DNA of 64,000 bases from Spirochaetia bacterium (GTDB lineage: Bacteria; Spirochaetota; Spirochaetia; WTKD01; G963693115), in assembly GCA_965226055.1 (NCBI GenBank), contig CBDDCA010000005.1, positions 352,001 to 416,000 on the forward strand, written 5' to 3'. A program made the position numbers and the translations under genes. Each line of letters begins with the position of its first letter. The first letter of the stretch is position 1. Of the stretch, positions 34,501 to 44,565 are shown one piece after another. Below the pieces are notes generated by a model. It was given only the letters and a program-made list of their open reading frames with translations, was not told where the DNA came from and did not search any database.

Positions 34501-36117
34501 CAGTACTGCAGTACTTGTGCCTTTTTCTGCTATGCTTATGCTGTATTCTTTTATGTCTTTGTTATTGGCTTTTGTTGTATCGGGTGCTGTCCATGTTATC
34601 TGTGTGCCTATCTTTGCTGCTGATACAAAGGGATAGCTTGCTTGTATGTTTGTCACTGCATCGGGGGCGGTGCTATCTGCTGCTGTGGTTACTGTGGCTG
34701 TTGCTTCTGTTCCTTTGTTGCCTGCACTGTCCATTGATACAACTGCCACTGTATACTCGGTGGTTGCTTTGAGGCCTGGTATCTGAGTATTGCGTACTGC
34801 TCTCTCTATTATTGTCACTGTCTTTGCTGGGGTACTGCTGTCCTTTTCTGTTGCTGTTATAGTCACTCCTGCATAATCTCGTACATCGGGGGCTTGCCAG
34901 CCTACTACTATGCTTGTTGCTCCTCCTACGGCACTTACATTGCTTACAGGCTCTGTGCTTTTGTCTGTTGTTGCTTGTTCTTTTGACACTGCAGTGGAGT
35001 ACTTTCCGTTTTGAGAAACATACACTTCTACTTTGTACGTAAGCGTGCCATAGAGTTTTGTGAGGGCTATGCCATCCTTTGCTACATACACAGTGGCGTA
35101 CTCTTGATTGTCTGCACTTGCAGAACTGAGTTTGGCTGTACTGCTATTGTTCACAGTTTCTTCTGCTACTACTGTATTTGTTGCTGTTGCTATAACGCGT
35201 ACTAAGAGGCTTTTGTCCGTAAAGGTAACATTTCCCCACTTGATAAGCAGGCTCTCATCGGCTGGGCTATTGCTTTCATCGTTTGCTGTTACTGTAAGAT
35301 TTGCCTCTGGCAGTGGCGTTACTGTTTGTGAAAGCTGGGATGCTTGCACGCCTGTCAATACTGTTGTAGGACTGCTTGTGTTGTCATTTCTGTCTTTGTA
35401 GCGTATTTCTACATCATAGGATATGCCTGCAAGCGTGGAGACATTTGAAAGTATAACTTCTCCTTGCTGTAGGTTCTGCACGGTAGCTTGTGCAAGCACT
35501 ATGCCACCAGTCGTGCTTTTTACCACTATCGTGGCTTCGGCTATATCTGTCTTGCCTGATGCAAGTCGCTCTTTATCCCATGTTATCTTTATGCCATCCC
35601 CCGACTTCTCTACTCCTACCTGTGTCAATGTGTCCTGTGGTGCAGTAGTATCTATCAGTGTTGTCACGGAGCGTGTTGTTTTTGGTGATACTTCCGTGTC
35701 TTTTTGTGCCTCTATCTCTACAGTGTAGTTGGTGAGTGCTTGTAAGCCTTTGAGTTGGTACGATTGTCCTTGTTGAAAGAGTGTTTGATATTCTATTGCA
35801 GGAACACGCACTTGTATGGACTGTGCTGGTGCGGTAGATGTAGCTTTTACGACTACATGCGTGGCATCGCTGGGAGCTTCCCAGCGTAATGCAAGTGTCC
35901 CATCGTTGCTTGCTACTTGTATCTGCACATTGGACACTGATGCGAGTGTCGGGGTTACTGGCGTTCCCCCTCCGCCTGATGAGGAACTGCTACTGCCCTC
36001 CGAACATCCTACGAGTACGAGGGTAGTCATTGCTAGCACTAAAAATAGCGCAACAACTATAAATATGTTCAGCTTACCATTTAGCTGATAGTTTAGTTTT
36101 TCATTACTTTTTTTCAT
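31570..36117 (-). CDS. Giant FN3-stalk/DUF285-tip lipoprotein, copy B (intact, no poly-G)
   Basis: AAGGAG-led MKKSNEK leader, LVLVGC lipobox, stalk near-identical to A, three 25-aa tip repeats. Confidence 0.9.
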   Translation of the reverse strand: MKKSNEKLNYQLNGKLNIFIVVALFLVLAMTTLVLVGCSEGSSSSSSGGGGTPVTPTLASVSNVQIQVASNDGTLALRWEAPSDATHVVVKATSTAPAQSIQVRVPAIEYQTLFQQGQSYQLKGLQALTNYTVEIEAQKDTEVSPKTTRSVTTLIDTTAPQDTLTQVGVEKSGDGIKITWDKERLASGKTDIAEATIVVKSTTGGIVLAQATVQNLQQGEVILSNVSTLAGISYDVEIRYKDRNDNTSSPTTVLTGVQASQLSQTVTPLPEANLTVTANDESNSPADESLLIKWGNVTFTDKSLLVRVIATATNTVVAEETVNNSSTAKLSSASADNQEYATVYVAKDGIALTKLYGTLTYKVEVYVSQNGKYSTAVSKEQATTDKSTEPVSNVSAVGGATSIVVGWQAPDVRDYAGVTITATEKDSSTPAKTVTIIERAVRNTQIPGLKATTEYTVAVVSMDSAGNKGTEATATVTTAADSTAPDAVTNIQASYPFVSAAKIGTQITWTAPDTTKANNKDIKEYSISIAEKGTSTAVLNEKKIPYPTTALSVEELVQGKTYTITILTYDYSENKSTQATKDISTPNSLTAPSEDLFQSKPALVTTTGAIQIKASFKQAPGSNKYYTLRMLDGTNLVAEKSITSTATTISFGIADGIEVSSTQANAKSYSFTFLTVENNRVSPPTTLTDKVAVYDAVSTVPPAPENLSLFIETSTQTSDTVQYEFQKGTITSNHKAPNDRQLTQAQIQYKVYIVAGDQSTKTIAEIKAMGGVQTQEIAGNSSLRGTFIGTKGAVYTIGIEAINSLNPYATKKAQSKDPALIQKLELSTIPTSKATAPTSSLTGKLVVSPSTNTTGTIKLVLTQLSTITGAKNKDGTTVTSNDELVYTVYGLQKDTTPTVAEVQRGRRVSIGTASSGVYTVQALSSLGLSADTDPVIAIKGATKYHFVVEVAVKTDTSKKAVSTVASVTTTSQATAPAEVSNIQVGGVTGGSATVSWTAPSLNASHKTNKGDTLTVAQVSYKVYKVAKSGSAIRTVAQIKTAAGSSTAVAAGTTNSTLTGLTVGTTYEIVVQAVNSTDTNKEATGSRKEFIAKEAYAAPGKPIIQANAQGATIVLTITAPTVKGTTAEGTDLRDNQIDYIVYYAVSKTNIDGATVKTQAKAASDAQEGAEKDDVPIGATSYTIRNLRLNTKYYITAVAVNSLKKTKVSAEATAVSASTPAVAIGNATKVSATVGTALAQNTTRVLTSISPSGLTFTCDESTLDDSTLKEETGLAVTFAKNTNTITITGTANKSNIYDTAITEYNYEVVECTITSSGAYSGQKALATINVETGLVKLAGQSATYYRPTTKKALQDIITAEKTRQGSGGNSNPSPNLNMIDTSAITDMSDLFFRDSTFNGDITQWNTSNVTNMNSMFAFASVFNQDIGDWDVSEVTDMNDMFAVASKFNQNISGWNVENVSTATGMFSGTTVFNQDLSSWRMCEFKPGTSINNMFVGSPLDRVSSRYPKFKGSAECSS

Positions 36118-36215
36118 AATGTTCTCCTTGTTGGTATCTATGTATTGTGTAATTATCATTACACCTAAGCATCATTATAGTACAAATACTATTTTTTGTG
36201 TTATCTCTATAAATT

Positions 36216-36230
36216 AAAAAAAAAAAAAAA
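36216..36230. repeat. A15/T15 homopolymer upstream of the copy B promoter
   Basis: 15 A on the + strand, 37-51 nt upstream of a minus-strand TATAAT (36174-36179). Confidence 0.8.
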
Positions 36231-36389
36231 TGGGATGAAATACACAAAAATATACATACACTATAGTAATATATACTACAATAGAGATACTATGCACAAC
36301 AAAGAACCCATGATTTCCCAAACATACAAAAAAACATGAAATACAAAATACGCTATAATGATATTAGTAATATTTATAAGGAGTATACT

Positions 36390-36578
36390 ATGCAATGTTG
36401 TAATACTTGTCAATGTACAACAGGTGATGAAATATGCTGTTCATGTACCTGTAATGAAACTATAAATGATTGTTGTAATGAAATAAAACATAACAACTGT
36501 TCATGTACTTGTGATGAAACTACAGGCTATAATTGTACCCCACATCACACAGCTAGCATTCATTGTAGTTGCAATTAG
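36390..36578 (+). CDS. 62-aa cysteine-rich peptide, metallothionein-like
   Basis: TAAGGAG RBS, TATAAT at 36354; 16 Cys and 4 His in CC/CxC/CxCxC clusters. Confidence 0.7.
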   Translation: MQCCNTCQCTTGDEICCSCTCNETINDCCNEIKHNNCSCTCDETTGYNCTPHHTASIHCSCN

Positions 36579-36731
36579 TATAAGCGTATAACTTATACTA
36601 TAAAATATATACCATACAAACTCAATACCTTTCAAGAAATAAAACTGGTATATACATATTATTGTATGTTCTTCTTGTACATATAATAATATGCACTATT
36701 CTTTTAAGAAGTAATTCTATACAATAAAAGT

Positions 36732-39329
36732 ATGGAACATGATATCAATCCTATTATACAACAATCATTACAAGAGGCACTTGCCCTTGCAGAAGAGCTA
36801 CATCATGGAGAAGTAACTAGCTATCATCTTTTTGAAGAGCTTACAAAAAAACAAGCCATTATTACCCTGCTTGAACAAAGTTTAAGGCAATCTCCCAATA
36901 CTACAGAAAGTCCTGTAGAGCTTCTCCGACAAAAAAATCAACAGACACTCAGTACCTTTAGCAAAGTAAGTGACAGTAATGGAAATGTCCATACCGAATT
37001 AAGCCGTGAAATATACACTATTATACGACAAGCTCCGCGCATTGCACAGCACATGAACAATGAGTTAGGTATTATCCATATTTTTCTCGCAACAATTAGG
37101 TTTGGCAAAGTAGGAACACTATTTGAAAAACAAAATATTGCTCATATTGAAAAGACAGTGCAGAATAACACAGAAAATACAACCACAAGCAATACATCAC
37201 AAGGAATACTAGAACAGTATACTCGTGATATTGTACAAGAAGCACGGAAAGGAAAGATTGATCCTATTATTGGTCGAGATAATGAAATTAGACGTATTAT
37301 ACAAGTGCTATGTCGAAGAACAAAAAATAATCCAGTACTCGTAGGAGATCCTGGTGTAGGAAAAACCGCTATTGTAGAAGGGCTTGCCAACAGAATAGTA
37401 GATAAAGATGTTCCTGAAAGTATGCATAATAAACGAGTGCTTGAACTTGATTTAGGGCAGCTCATTGCTGGTGCAAAATTTCGTGGAGAATTTGAAGAAC
37501 GATTAAAAAATATCATTCAAACAGTCAAAGAAAGTAATGGCGAAATTATATTGTTTATTGATGAGCTACATACAGTAGTTGGTGCTGGTGCTACAGAAGG
37601 AAGCATGGATGCATCAAATTTACTAAAACCTATGCTTGCCCGAGGAGAGTTAAGAACTATAGGAGCAACTACCTTTGATGAATATAAAAAAAATATTGAA
37701 AAAGACAAAGCCTTAGAAAGAAGGTTTCAGCAAGTATATGTACATGAGCCTAGTATAGAAGATAGTATATCTATACTACGTGGACTGCGTGACAGATACG
37801 AAGTACATCATGGAGTACGCATCAAAGATGAAGCGTTGGTAGCAGCAGTTACTCTCTCGTTTCGATATATTGGTGGACGTTTCTTACCAGATAAAGCAAT
37901 AGATTTAATTGATGAAGCTGCAAGTCGCTTAAAAACCGAAATTGAAAGTCAACCAACCGAACTTGATATACTTGAACGAAAAGTACGACAAGTAGAAATG
38001 GAAATAAGCTCAATATCAAAAGATAAAGACGAAGAATCAAAAAAGAGACAAAAAAAATTGCAAACATCTTTAGCGCAGCTACAACAAGAAACACAGAACA
38101 TGAAACAACGATGGAACGCAGAAAAAGAAAGCATTGATGCACTGCGCAATATAAAAGCAGAAATTGATACGCTAAAGGCAGATCAGCAACGTTTTGAACG
38201 TGAAGGAAACTATGAAAAAGCAGCAGAAATAAAGTACGGCATTATCCCCGAAAAAGAAAAACAACTACAATCATATATAGAAAAACAGCAAAGCATCACG
38301 TATCAACACGCTCAAAATACACTGCTTCGTGATGAAGTAACTGCAGAAGATATTGCCTATATAGTGTCAATTTCCACAGGAATACCAGTAGCCCGATTAA
38401 ACAGCACAGAGAAAGACACACTTTTACACCTAGAAGAACATCTTCAACAGCGTGTAAAAGGACAGGAAGCGGCAATACAGGCAGTAAGCAACGCAGTACG
38501 AAGAAATAAAAGCGGTTTATCAGATGAAGGAAAACCCATAGCCACATTGCTGTTTCTTGGACCTACTGGGGTTGGAAAAACTGAGCTTGCAAAAGCATTA
38601 GCAGAATTTCTGTTTGATAGCGAACAAAATATCATACGCATTGATATGAGTGAATACATGGAATCACATTCAGTAGCACGCATGATAGGTGCTCCTCCTG
38701 GCTACATAGGACATGAAGATGGAGGACAGCTTACTGAACAGATAAAACGAAATCCTTTTTCTGTTATATTATTTGATGAGTTTGAAAAAGCTCATCCTGA
38801 AGTGCTTAATATTATGCTACAAATATTTGATGATGGAAGATTAACCGATAATAAAGGTACTCTTATTGATTTTTCAAATACTATTATAATACTCACAAGT
38901 AATATAGGAAGTAACTATATTTTAAGCAATGATATAGACAAACATGAAATACAAGAGCGTATACACAGTGAACTTGCCGCTATATGTAAGCCTGAATTTC
39001 TCAATAGAATAGATGAAACTATTATATTTAATCGACTAGAGTTTCCTGTATTACATGAAATAGCAGAAAGAGAAATAGCATTACTTCGTAATAGAGTAGC
39101 GTCAAAAGGATATACCCTTGAGATAAGCAAACAAGCATTAGGCTTTATTGTAGAGCAAGGCTACAGCAATACAATGGGAGCACGTCCTCTTAAGCGTGCA
39201 ATAGAACAGTACTTAACAAACCCACTCGCAATATATCTCTTAGAGCAAGATGAACAAAAAGGACACAATAGTATAAAAATAGATTACTCAGACGGAAAAA
39301 TACAAATACATAGTGCATCTGATATATAG
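36732..39329 (+). CDS. clpB: ATP-dependent disaggregase ClpB
   Basis: Two AAA+ modules ([16 protein letters not shown]) and a long middle coiled coil (AAEIKYG). Confidence 0.95.
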   Translation: MEHDINPIIQQSLQEALALAEELHHGEVTSYHLFEELTKKQAIITLLEQSLRQSPNTTESPVELLRQKNQQTLSTFSKVSDSNGNVHTELSREIYTIIRQAPRIAQHMNNELGIIHIFLATIRFGKVGTLFEKQNIAHIEKTVQNNTENTTTSNTSQGILEQYTRDIVQEARKGKIDPIIGRDNEIRRIIQVLCRRTKNNPVLVGDPGVGKTAIVEGLANRIVDKDVPESMHNKRVLELDLGQLIAGAKFRGEFEERLKNIIQTVKESNGEIILFIDELHTVVGAGATEGSMDASNLLKPMLARGELRTIGATTFDEYKKNIEKDKALERRFQQVYVHEPSIEDSISILRGLRDRYEVHHGVRIKDEALVAAVTLSFRYIGGRFLPDKAIDLIDEAASRLKTEIESQPTELDILERKVRQVEMEISSISKDKDEESKKRQKKLQTSLAQLQQETQNMKQRWNAEKESIDALRNIKAEIDTLKADQQRFEREGNYEKAAEIKYGIIPEKEKQLQSYIEKQQSITYQHAQNTLLRDEVTAEDIAYIVSISTGIPVARLNSTEKDTLLHLEEHLQQRVKGQEAAIQAVSNAVRRNKSGLSDEGKPIATLLFLGPTGVGKTELAKALAEFLFDSEQNIIRIDMSEYMESHSVARMIGAPPGYIGHEDGGQLTEQIKRNPFSVILFDEFEKAHPEVLNIMLQIFDDGRLTDNKGTLIDFSNTIIILTSNIGSNYILSNDIDKHEIQERIHSELAAICKPEFLNRIDETIIFNRLEFPVLHEIAEREIALLRNRVASKGYTLEISKQALGFIVEQGYSNTMGARPLKRAIEQYLTNPLAIYLLEQDEQKGHNSIKIDYSDGKIQIHSASDI

Positions 39330-39385
39330 CACTCTCATTACATCCCCTCCCCTTTTAAGAAGAGAGTATAGAAATAACACACTCC

Positions 39386-39429
39386 TTATATAAAAAAGAG
39401 GAAACATATGTTTCCTCTTTTTTATATAA
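39386..39429. terminator. Bidirectional terminator; perfect 44-bp palindrome
   Basis: TTATATAAAAAAGAGGAAACATATGTTTCCTCTTTTTTATATAA between convergent genes. Confidence 0.85.
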
Positions 39430-39453
39430 CAAAACAATATCAAAAATATGACA

Positions 39454-41901
39454 TTAATTTTCTAGTAATTCAAACTCTACTCGTCTATTTTTCCATATAG
39501 TACTACTTGTTGGATTATCAACTTCAGGTTGAGAACCACCAACCGCACGAATATCTATACGATTTGCATCTATCCCTAAAATTTGTAACGCTTTGTTAAT
39601 CTGATATGCTCTGTTTCGAGATAAAGGAATAAGCACCTCTATTTGTTCTCTTTCAGCGGCTGCTCCTTTTAATAAAGCTGCTGCATGGCCTACTATTGTC
39701 ACATTATAGGTAGGATACGCTTTTAATAAACGAGCGATACTACGAACATACAGTAAGTTATCATATAACAAGCCTTTCTCTGACAGAGAAAATATATCAT
39801 CACTATATGCTGGAAAATAAATTTTAGGCATTTCATCACCAGGGCGCAAAATAGCTCCTTGCTCATACACACCAGAGTCTACTACAAATGAAATAGTTTT
39901 CACTGTTTCGTTCCCAAAGCTATCTCTTCCAATAAGACGATAAATATAATCTCCATCGACAACTATCTTATCATCCTTATCTTTCCCATCCCAGCTAAAA
40001 TCAGCAATAGTATCAGGAAATGTTTGAGAATAAATAAGAGTATCAAATATATTTCGTATTTCAACTGTCCATGTAACTCCTTTCTCACTTCCTTGCTGCC
40101 TTACAGTGAGATACCTATCAGCTTCATTTTCACTAGTAGGGTTCATTACTACCGACTCTGTAGAAAAACTACGTATGACAGGAGCTTGAGAATCAACAAG
40201 AATATTTTCTATACTGCTCTCTACCATGTCTCCATTAAAATATTCAATAGAAAGTACAAATGCATATTCTCCATCTGGAACAGGCTGTCCTGCATCATTT
40301 CTTGCATACCATTCAAACCCACTAAGCCCATACGATAAACGAGAAGACCGCACCACTCTATTATTTTTTTCGTTCTTCACAAACATAGCAAACTTACTGA
40401 TACCTATACGATCAAAATTAAATGTAAAATTGATGGGATCTGCAAAGGCAGATGCTTTTTTACGATCTACAGAAACTGATATTTCACGTGGTTTAGTATC
40501 TTTTATAGCTTTGAAAGGACCGATTCTTCCTTCATTTCCTGCTAGGTCTGTAGAGAAAAAACTTATTTCATATAGTCCATCAGGCAACTCTCTATCCATA
40601 AGCTCTATATTGGCAGGAACAGACATTTCAAATATATTATCAACAAAGCTCACAGAGTCACTATACACAGTTTGTTCCCCTTGTACTACCTCTATGTCCC
40701 AATCGGCTGTATCTAAGCGCTTCACACGTATGTCAACAGTATTGCGTAACTCTCCTCCAAAATAAAACGGATCTCCACTTTTTACTGGCTGTGGACTTGT
40801 TTGCATAAAAAAAGTAGCAAAAGGCTCTTGTGTATCAATTACCACCTCTACCATATTTGTAGTAAAATTCACATTGTTATTCTCTAATACAAGATATACA
40901 TTATAAGTACCATCAGAAATAGGAATGCCGTCCAACAATAAACCACTAAATATAATCTCAGTAGTACTCTCTTGTGGTATCCGTACTACCTCTTGATTCT
41001 TCATAGTTTGTACCACTAACTCTTTTATATCAAAATCTATCCCTAAACGCAAACTTGGAGGATAACGAAAGGATAATGATAACGTATCTCTAGATCCATC
41101 TGAGTTAGGAGAAAAATACCTATTTGCTGGCATTTCTAATAAAAAAGACCCTTCAGAACTTACAATAATCTGTGTTTCAACTTTATGCATTATCGCATTA
41201 CCAGCCATATCCTCCGCTAGTATATTCAATACATAATCACCATCAGGCAAAGCATTATTGTAAGTGTCAAAACCATTCCATTCCCATTTTTTTGGCAGAG
41301 TAAAAGCTGTATCTCCCTGCTCACGTAACAACACATATGTTTCCCTTGAAGCACTATTTTCTGCTTCAATCTCCCACGATACTTCTGGACTTGTTTCAAG
41401 ATCCAGCATAAGCACCGTATCCTCATCACCAGGAACTATAACATTACCAGAACTTATTCTTGAATAAAATACCTGCGGAGCAGTATTATCTATATGAATA
41501 GTATATGGCTGAGATATACTTTCAATATCTTTTTCATCCAAGATACCAACAGTATATACATATGTACCATCAGCTAAAAAATCCCCATTACGAGATTTTC
41601 CATCAAAAACAAAAGGGGGAATAGAGGTAGCTTTATCAAGCTGCTTATCTATTTCAAATAAAAATGTTCCATTTTGATCATATAAACGAAAGAAAAATTT
41701 CGTTATTTTTAAGCTACTAGGGATATCTACCTTACCATCAAAATCAATGGTGAGAGTATCAAATACCCCATCTTTATTTTCTGGTGAAAGAACATTTTGT
41801 TCCGGCACTCCCTTAAATGTTGCTTCTTCTACAGACCCAAAGCTAAACGCTATAGAACTAATTAGAGATACCATCATAATGCAGATTGCTATCTTTTTCA
41901 T
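39454..41901 (-). CDS. OmpA-family protein with repeated FlgD-Ig-like (FSPNxDG / WDG...DG.Y) domains
   Basis: Signal peptide; repeated PDG.Y modules; C-terminal OmpA-like GH..LS..RA, NRRVEF. Confidence 0.82.
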   Translation of the reverse strand: MKKIAICIMMVSLISSIAFSFGSVEEATFKGVPEQNVLSPENKDGVFDTLTIDFDGKVDIPSSLKITKFFFRLYDQNGTFLFEIDKQLDKATSIPPFVFDGKSRNGDFLADGTYVYTVGILDEKDIESISQPYTIHIDNTAPQVFYSRISSGNVIVPGDEDTVLMLDLETSPEVSWEIEAENSASRETYVLLREQGDTAFTLPKKWEWNGFDTYNNALPDGDYVLNILAEDMAGNAIMHKVETQIIVSSEGSFLLEMPANRYFSPNSDGSRDTLSLSFRYPPSLRLGIDFDIKELVVQTMKNQEVVRIPQESTTEIIFSGLLLDGIPISDGTYNVYLVLENNNVNFTTNMVEVVIDTQEPFATFFMQTSPQPVKSGDPFYFGGELRNTVDIRVKRLDTADWDIEVVQGEQTVYSDSVSFVDNIFEMSVPANIELMDRELPDGLYEISFFSTDLAGNEGRIGPFKAIKDTKPREISVSVDRKKASAFADPINFTFNFDRIGISKFAMFVKNEKNNRVVRSSRLSYGLSGFEWYARNDAGQPVPDGEYAFVLSIEYFNGDMVESSIENILVDSQAPVIRSFSTESVVMNPTSENEADRYLTVRQQGSEKGVTWTVEIRNIFDTLIYSQTFPDTIADFSWDGKDKDDKIVVDGDYIYRLIGRDSFGNETVKTISFVVDSGVYEQGAILRPGDEMPKIYFPAYSDDIFSLSEKGLLYDNLLYVRSIARLLKAYPTYNVTIVGHAAALLKGAAAEREQIEVLIPLSRNRAYQINKALQILGIDANRIDIRAVGGSQPEVDNPTSSTIWKNRRVEFELLEN

Positions 41902-41921
41902 ATATACTCCTTTTAATAATC

Positions 41922-42650
41922 TTATTTAGAAATTATAGAAACTGATAATACTAGCTGTATGCTATCATCTATTACTTTTTGATACACAGTATCATCATAA
42001 GTAATTATATTATAAATCACTACACCCCTATTATCGTTCATTTTTCTAAAAAAGGTTATATTATTTGTACTATTTTCCCTTATCATTATTGTATCATATT
42101 CCTTAATATAAGCAAATTGTAGGGTATCACTAAGGCTTATATTAAAAAAACTACTAAGGGTATCCTGAGTATCTACTAATTGCTCATAATAATCACTAGC
42201 AAGTGTAGCAAACATAGGAGACACTACAAAAGAACTGTCTGTACTATCTTCTCTAACATCACTGCCTTCTCCAACATCATTGTTATCTACAAGAGCTTCC
42301 AAAAGAACAGTAGAGAATATATTATGCATGGCAACTATCTCTTCAAGACTACTCATTGAAAGAGTAGCTAAAAAACTATTTTCTCTCATTGATTCTTCTA
42401 TTACATCAGCAGGAAAAGTAAGCAATTCTAAAGTATTTGAAATTCTAACAGTTTCTTCTTCTTCAAAAATATGCCATTGTTTAGGATACTGAAAACTAAA
42501 ATCAAAGTTTACGGCAACATAAGAACTAACATATTCGTTATCTACTAAATCAGTAGCATCTTCTTTAGTGCTTGCACAGCTAAAAAGAAACATAGCATAC
42601 AATAGGATAAAAGAGATAACAATATACTTATGTAAAAAATATCGTAGCAT
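41922..42650 (-). CDS. Hypothetical lipoprotein
   Basis: Hydrophobic leader ending FLFSC; F.FQYP..W motif (PsbP-like, tentative). Confidence 0.65.
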   Translation of the reverse strand: MLRYFLHKYIVISFILLYAMFLFSCASTKEDATDLVDNEYVSSYVAVNFDFSFQYPKQWHIFEEEETVRISNTLELLTFPADVIEESMRENSFLATLSMSSLEEIVAMHNIFSTVLLEALVDNNDVGEGSDVREDSTDSSFVVSPMFATLASDYYEQLVDTQDTLSSFFNISLSDTLQFAYIKEYDTIMIRENSTNNITFFRKMNDNRGVVIYNIITYDDTVYQKVIDDSIQLVLSVSIISK

Positions 42651-42721
42651 AGCCCCTTACTATTGTATCATGTTTACTATAATATGATGCAACTTATTTC
42701 ATATATCCACGAGTTCAAGGA

Positions 42722-42747
42722 TACGGATTCAAGGAATAATTGCGACA
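42722..42747 (+). mobile_element. Solo IS30-like terminal inverted repeat, copy 2
   Basis: TACGGATTCAAGGAATAATTGCGACA, preceded by a partial duplicate TTCAAGGA. Confidence 0.55.
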
Positions 42748-42843
42748 GGGAGCAAAAATAAGCTATGCAAACTTCTTTCATCAAGCTATACAATATTTTA
42801 TACCTAAATATAGCCTTATGCTATACTATATATAAGGAGAACA

Positions 42844-43872
42844 ATGCATATGCTTTCTAACAATATCGCCCCTATTCTTGATGCATTACATCGTCCACTC
42901 CACGATATACGTATATCAGTGACAGATAGATGCAATTTTAATTGCACATACTGTATGCCTGATAAAAATATACAATTTCTTCCTAAGTCACAGCTACTTA
43001 CATTTGAAGAAATTACTGATGTAATATCAGTAGTACAAAGTCTTGGAGTAAAAAAAGTAAAAATTACTGGAGGAGAACCAACATTACGACTTGGTTTAGA
43101 CATCCTCATAAAAAAAATTAGAGACATTTCAGGAATAGAAGACATAGGCTTAATTACTAATGGTGCATTTCTCAAAACACTAGGAAAGCGTTTATATAAT
43201 GCAGGATTAAAACGCATCAATATCAGCCTTGATTCATTAGATGAAAGAATATTTCAAACTATTGTCGGAAACACCCATTCCATACATCCAGTACTAGAAG
43301 GAATTGATTATGCAAAAAAAATTGGGTTTTCTCCTATAAAGATAAACTGCGTAATTCAAAGAGGATTAAACGAAAAGCAAGTCATACATATGGTGGAATA
43401 TTTTAGACAGAGAGAAATAGACATTCGATTTATAGAATTTATGGACGTAGGATCTATTGAATGGCAAGAAGAACGGGTAGTATATTCTCATGAAATATTA
43501 GAAACATTACAGAAAACATATCCTCTCATTCCTATTGCTGGTTCTTATCAAGGAGAGGTTGCCACTCGTTATAAACATAAAAACAGTAATTCTGAGGTAG
43601 GCTTTATCAGTTCTGTCTCTAACCCTTTTTGTAAAGACTGTAATAGGCTACGGCTCACAGCAAATGGATTCTTATACGGTTGTCTGTTTGCCTCAAAAGG
43701 ACAAGATATAAAAAAAATACTAAGAGAGAATCATAAAAATACAAAAGAAGCTCTAAAAACAGCAATAACAGAATTTTGGACTCAGAGAGACGACAGATAC
43801 TCTGAACATCGCACATACAGTAGAAACACCGATACCAATAGAAAGAAAGATATGAATTTTATAGGAGGATAA
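42844..43872 (+). CDS. moaA: GTP 3',8-cyclase MoaA
   Basis: RISVTDRCNFNCTYC, FC..CNRLR, C-terminal IGG. Confidence 0.96.
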   Translation: MHMLSNNIAPILDALHRPLHDIRISVTDRCNFNCTYCMPDKNIQFLPKSQLLTFEEITDVISVVQSLGVKKVKITGGEPTLRLGLDILIKKIRDISGIEDIGLITNGAFLKTLGKRLYNAGLKRINISLDSLDERIFQTIVGNTHSIHPVLEGIDYAKKIGFSPIKINCVIQRGLNEKQVIHMVEYFRQREIDIRFIEFMDVGSIEWQEERVVYSHEILETLQKTYPLIPIAGSYQGEVATRYKHKNSNSEVGFISSVSNPFCKDCNRLRLTANGFLYGCLFASKGQDIKKILRENHKNTKEALKTAITEFWTQRDDRYSEHRTYSRNTDTNRKKDMNFIGG

Positions 43873-43873
43873 T

Positions 43874-44320
43874 ATGCTATCGCATCTCAACAATAAAGAC
43901 ATGCCTCATATGGTAGATATATCCAAAAAAAATATATGTACAAGAAAAGCAGTAGCACAAACTACTGTAGAGTTAGATGAAACAATACGCGCGTATATAC
44001 AAAACAATGATATACAAACACCGAAAGGAGCAGTCTTTGCTACTGCAATTATAGCAGGAATACAAGCAGTAAAATATACCGCATATCTTATACCCCTATG
44101 CCATCCCATCCCCATTAGCCATTGTACTATAGATATACAAACCACTCCACTAGGAGTAGACATAGCATGCTCTGTAACTTCATCATATGCCACTGGGGTA
44201 GAAATAGAAGCTATTACTGGAGCTTCTATAGCCGCTATCACTATATATGATATGTGTAAAAGTATACACACCAATATGCGAATCCTTGAAACAAAACTTA
44301 TATCAAAGGAAAAAAAATAA
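43874..44320 (+). CDS. moaC: Cyclic pyranopterin monophosphate synthase MoaC
   Basis: LSH..MVDISKK, LIPLCHP, TGVEIEA, IYDMCK. Confidence 0.95.
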   Translation: MLSHLNNKDMPHMVDISKKNICTRKAVAQTTVELDETIRAYIQNNDIQTPKGAVFATAIIAGIQAVKYTAYLIPLCHPIPISHCTIDIQTTPLGVDIACSVTSSYATGVEIEAITGASIAAITIYDMCKSIHTNMRILETKLISKEKK

Positions 44321-44562
44321 TGATCATACACGTTAAGTACTTTGCATCCCTTGCACAAATGCGAGGAGTAGAAGAAGAACACATAGAGATTAAAGACAAC
44401 TATACTGCACAAAAATTATATAGTATACTAAAAGAAACATATGCCTTTCCTTTTGAAGAAAAAGATATTAAAGTAGCAATCAATCATGAATACAAAGATT
44501 TTTCATCTCAGCTTCAACATAACGATACTGTAGTTTTTATCTCTCCAGTGTCAGGAGGATAA
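44320..44562 (+). CDS. moaD: Molybdopterin synthase sulfur carrier MoaD
   Basis: VKYFA start, C-terminal PVSGG. Confidence 0.93.
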   Translation: MIIHVKYFASLAQMRGVEEEHIEIKDNYTAQKLYSILKETYAFPFEEKDIKVAINHEYKDFSSQLQHNDTVVFISPVSGG

Positions 44563-44565
44563 ATT

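Noticed and set aside
36354-36372. Fur box over the Cys-rich peptide promoter
   Set aside because: 13/19 match to GATAATGATAATCATTATC is not distinguishable from chance in such AT-rich DNA
36580-36731. CIRCE/CtsR heat-shock operator before clpB
   Set aside because: No TTAGCACTC-N9-GAGTGCTAA or CtsR heptad repeat seen; only weak AT-rich symmetry
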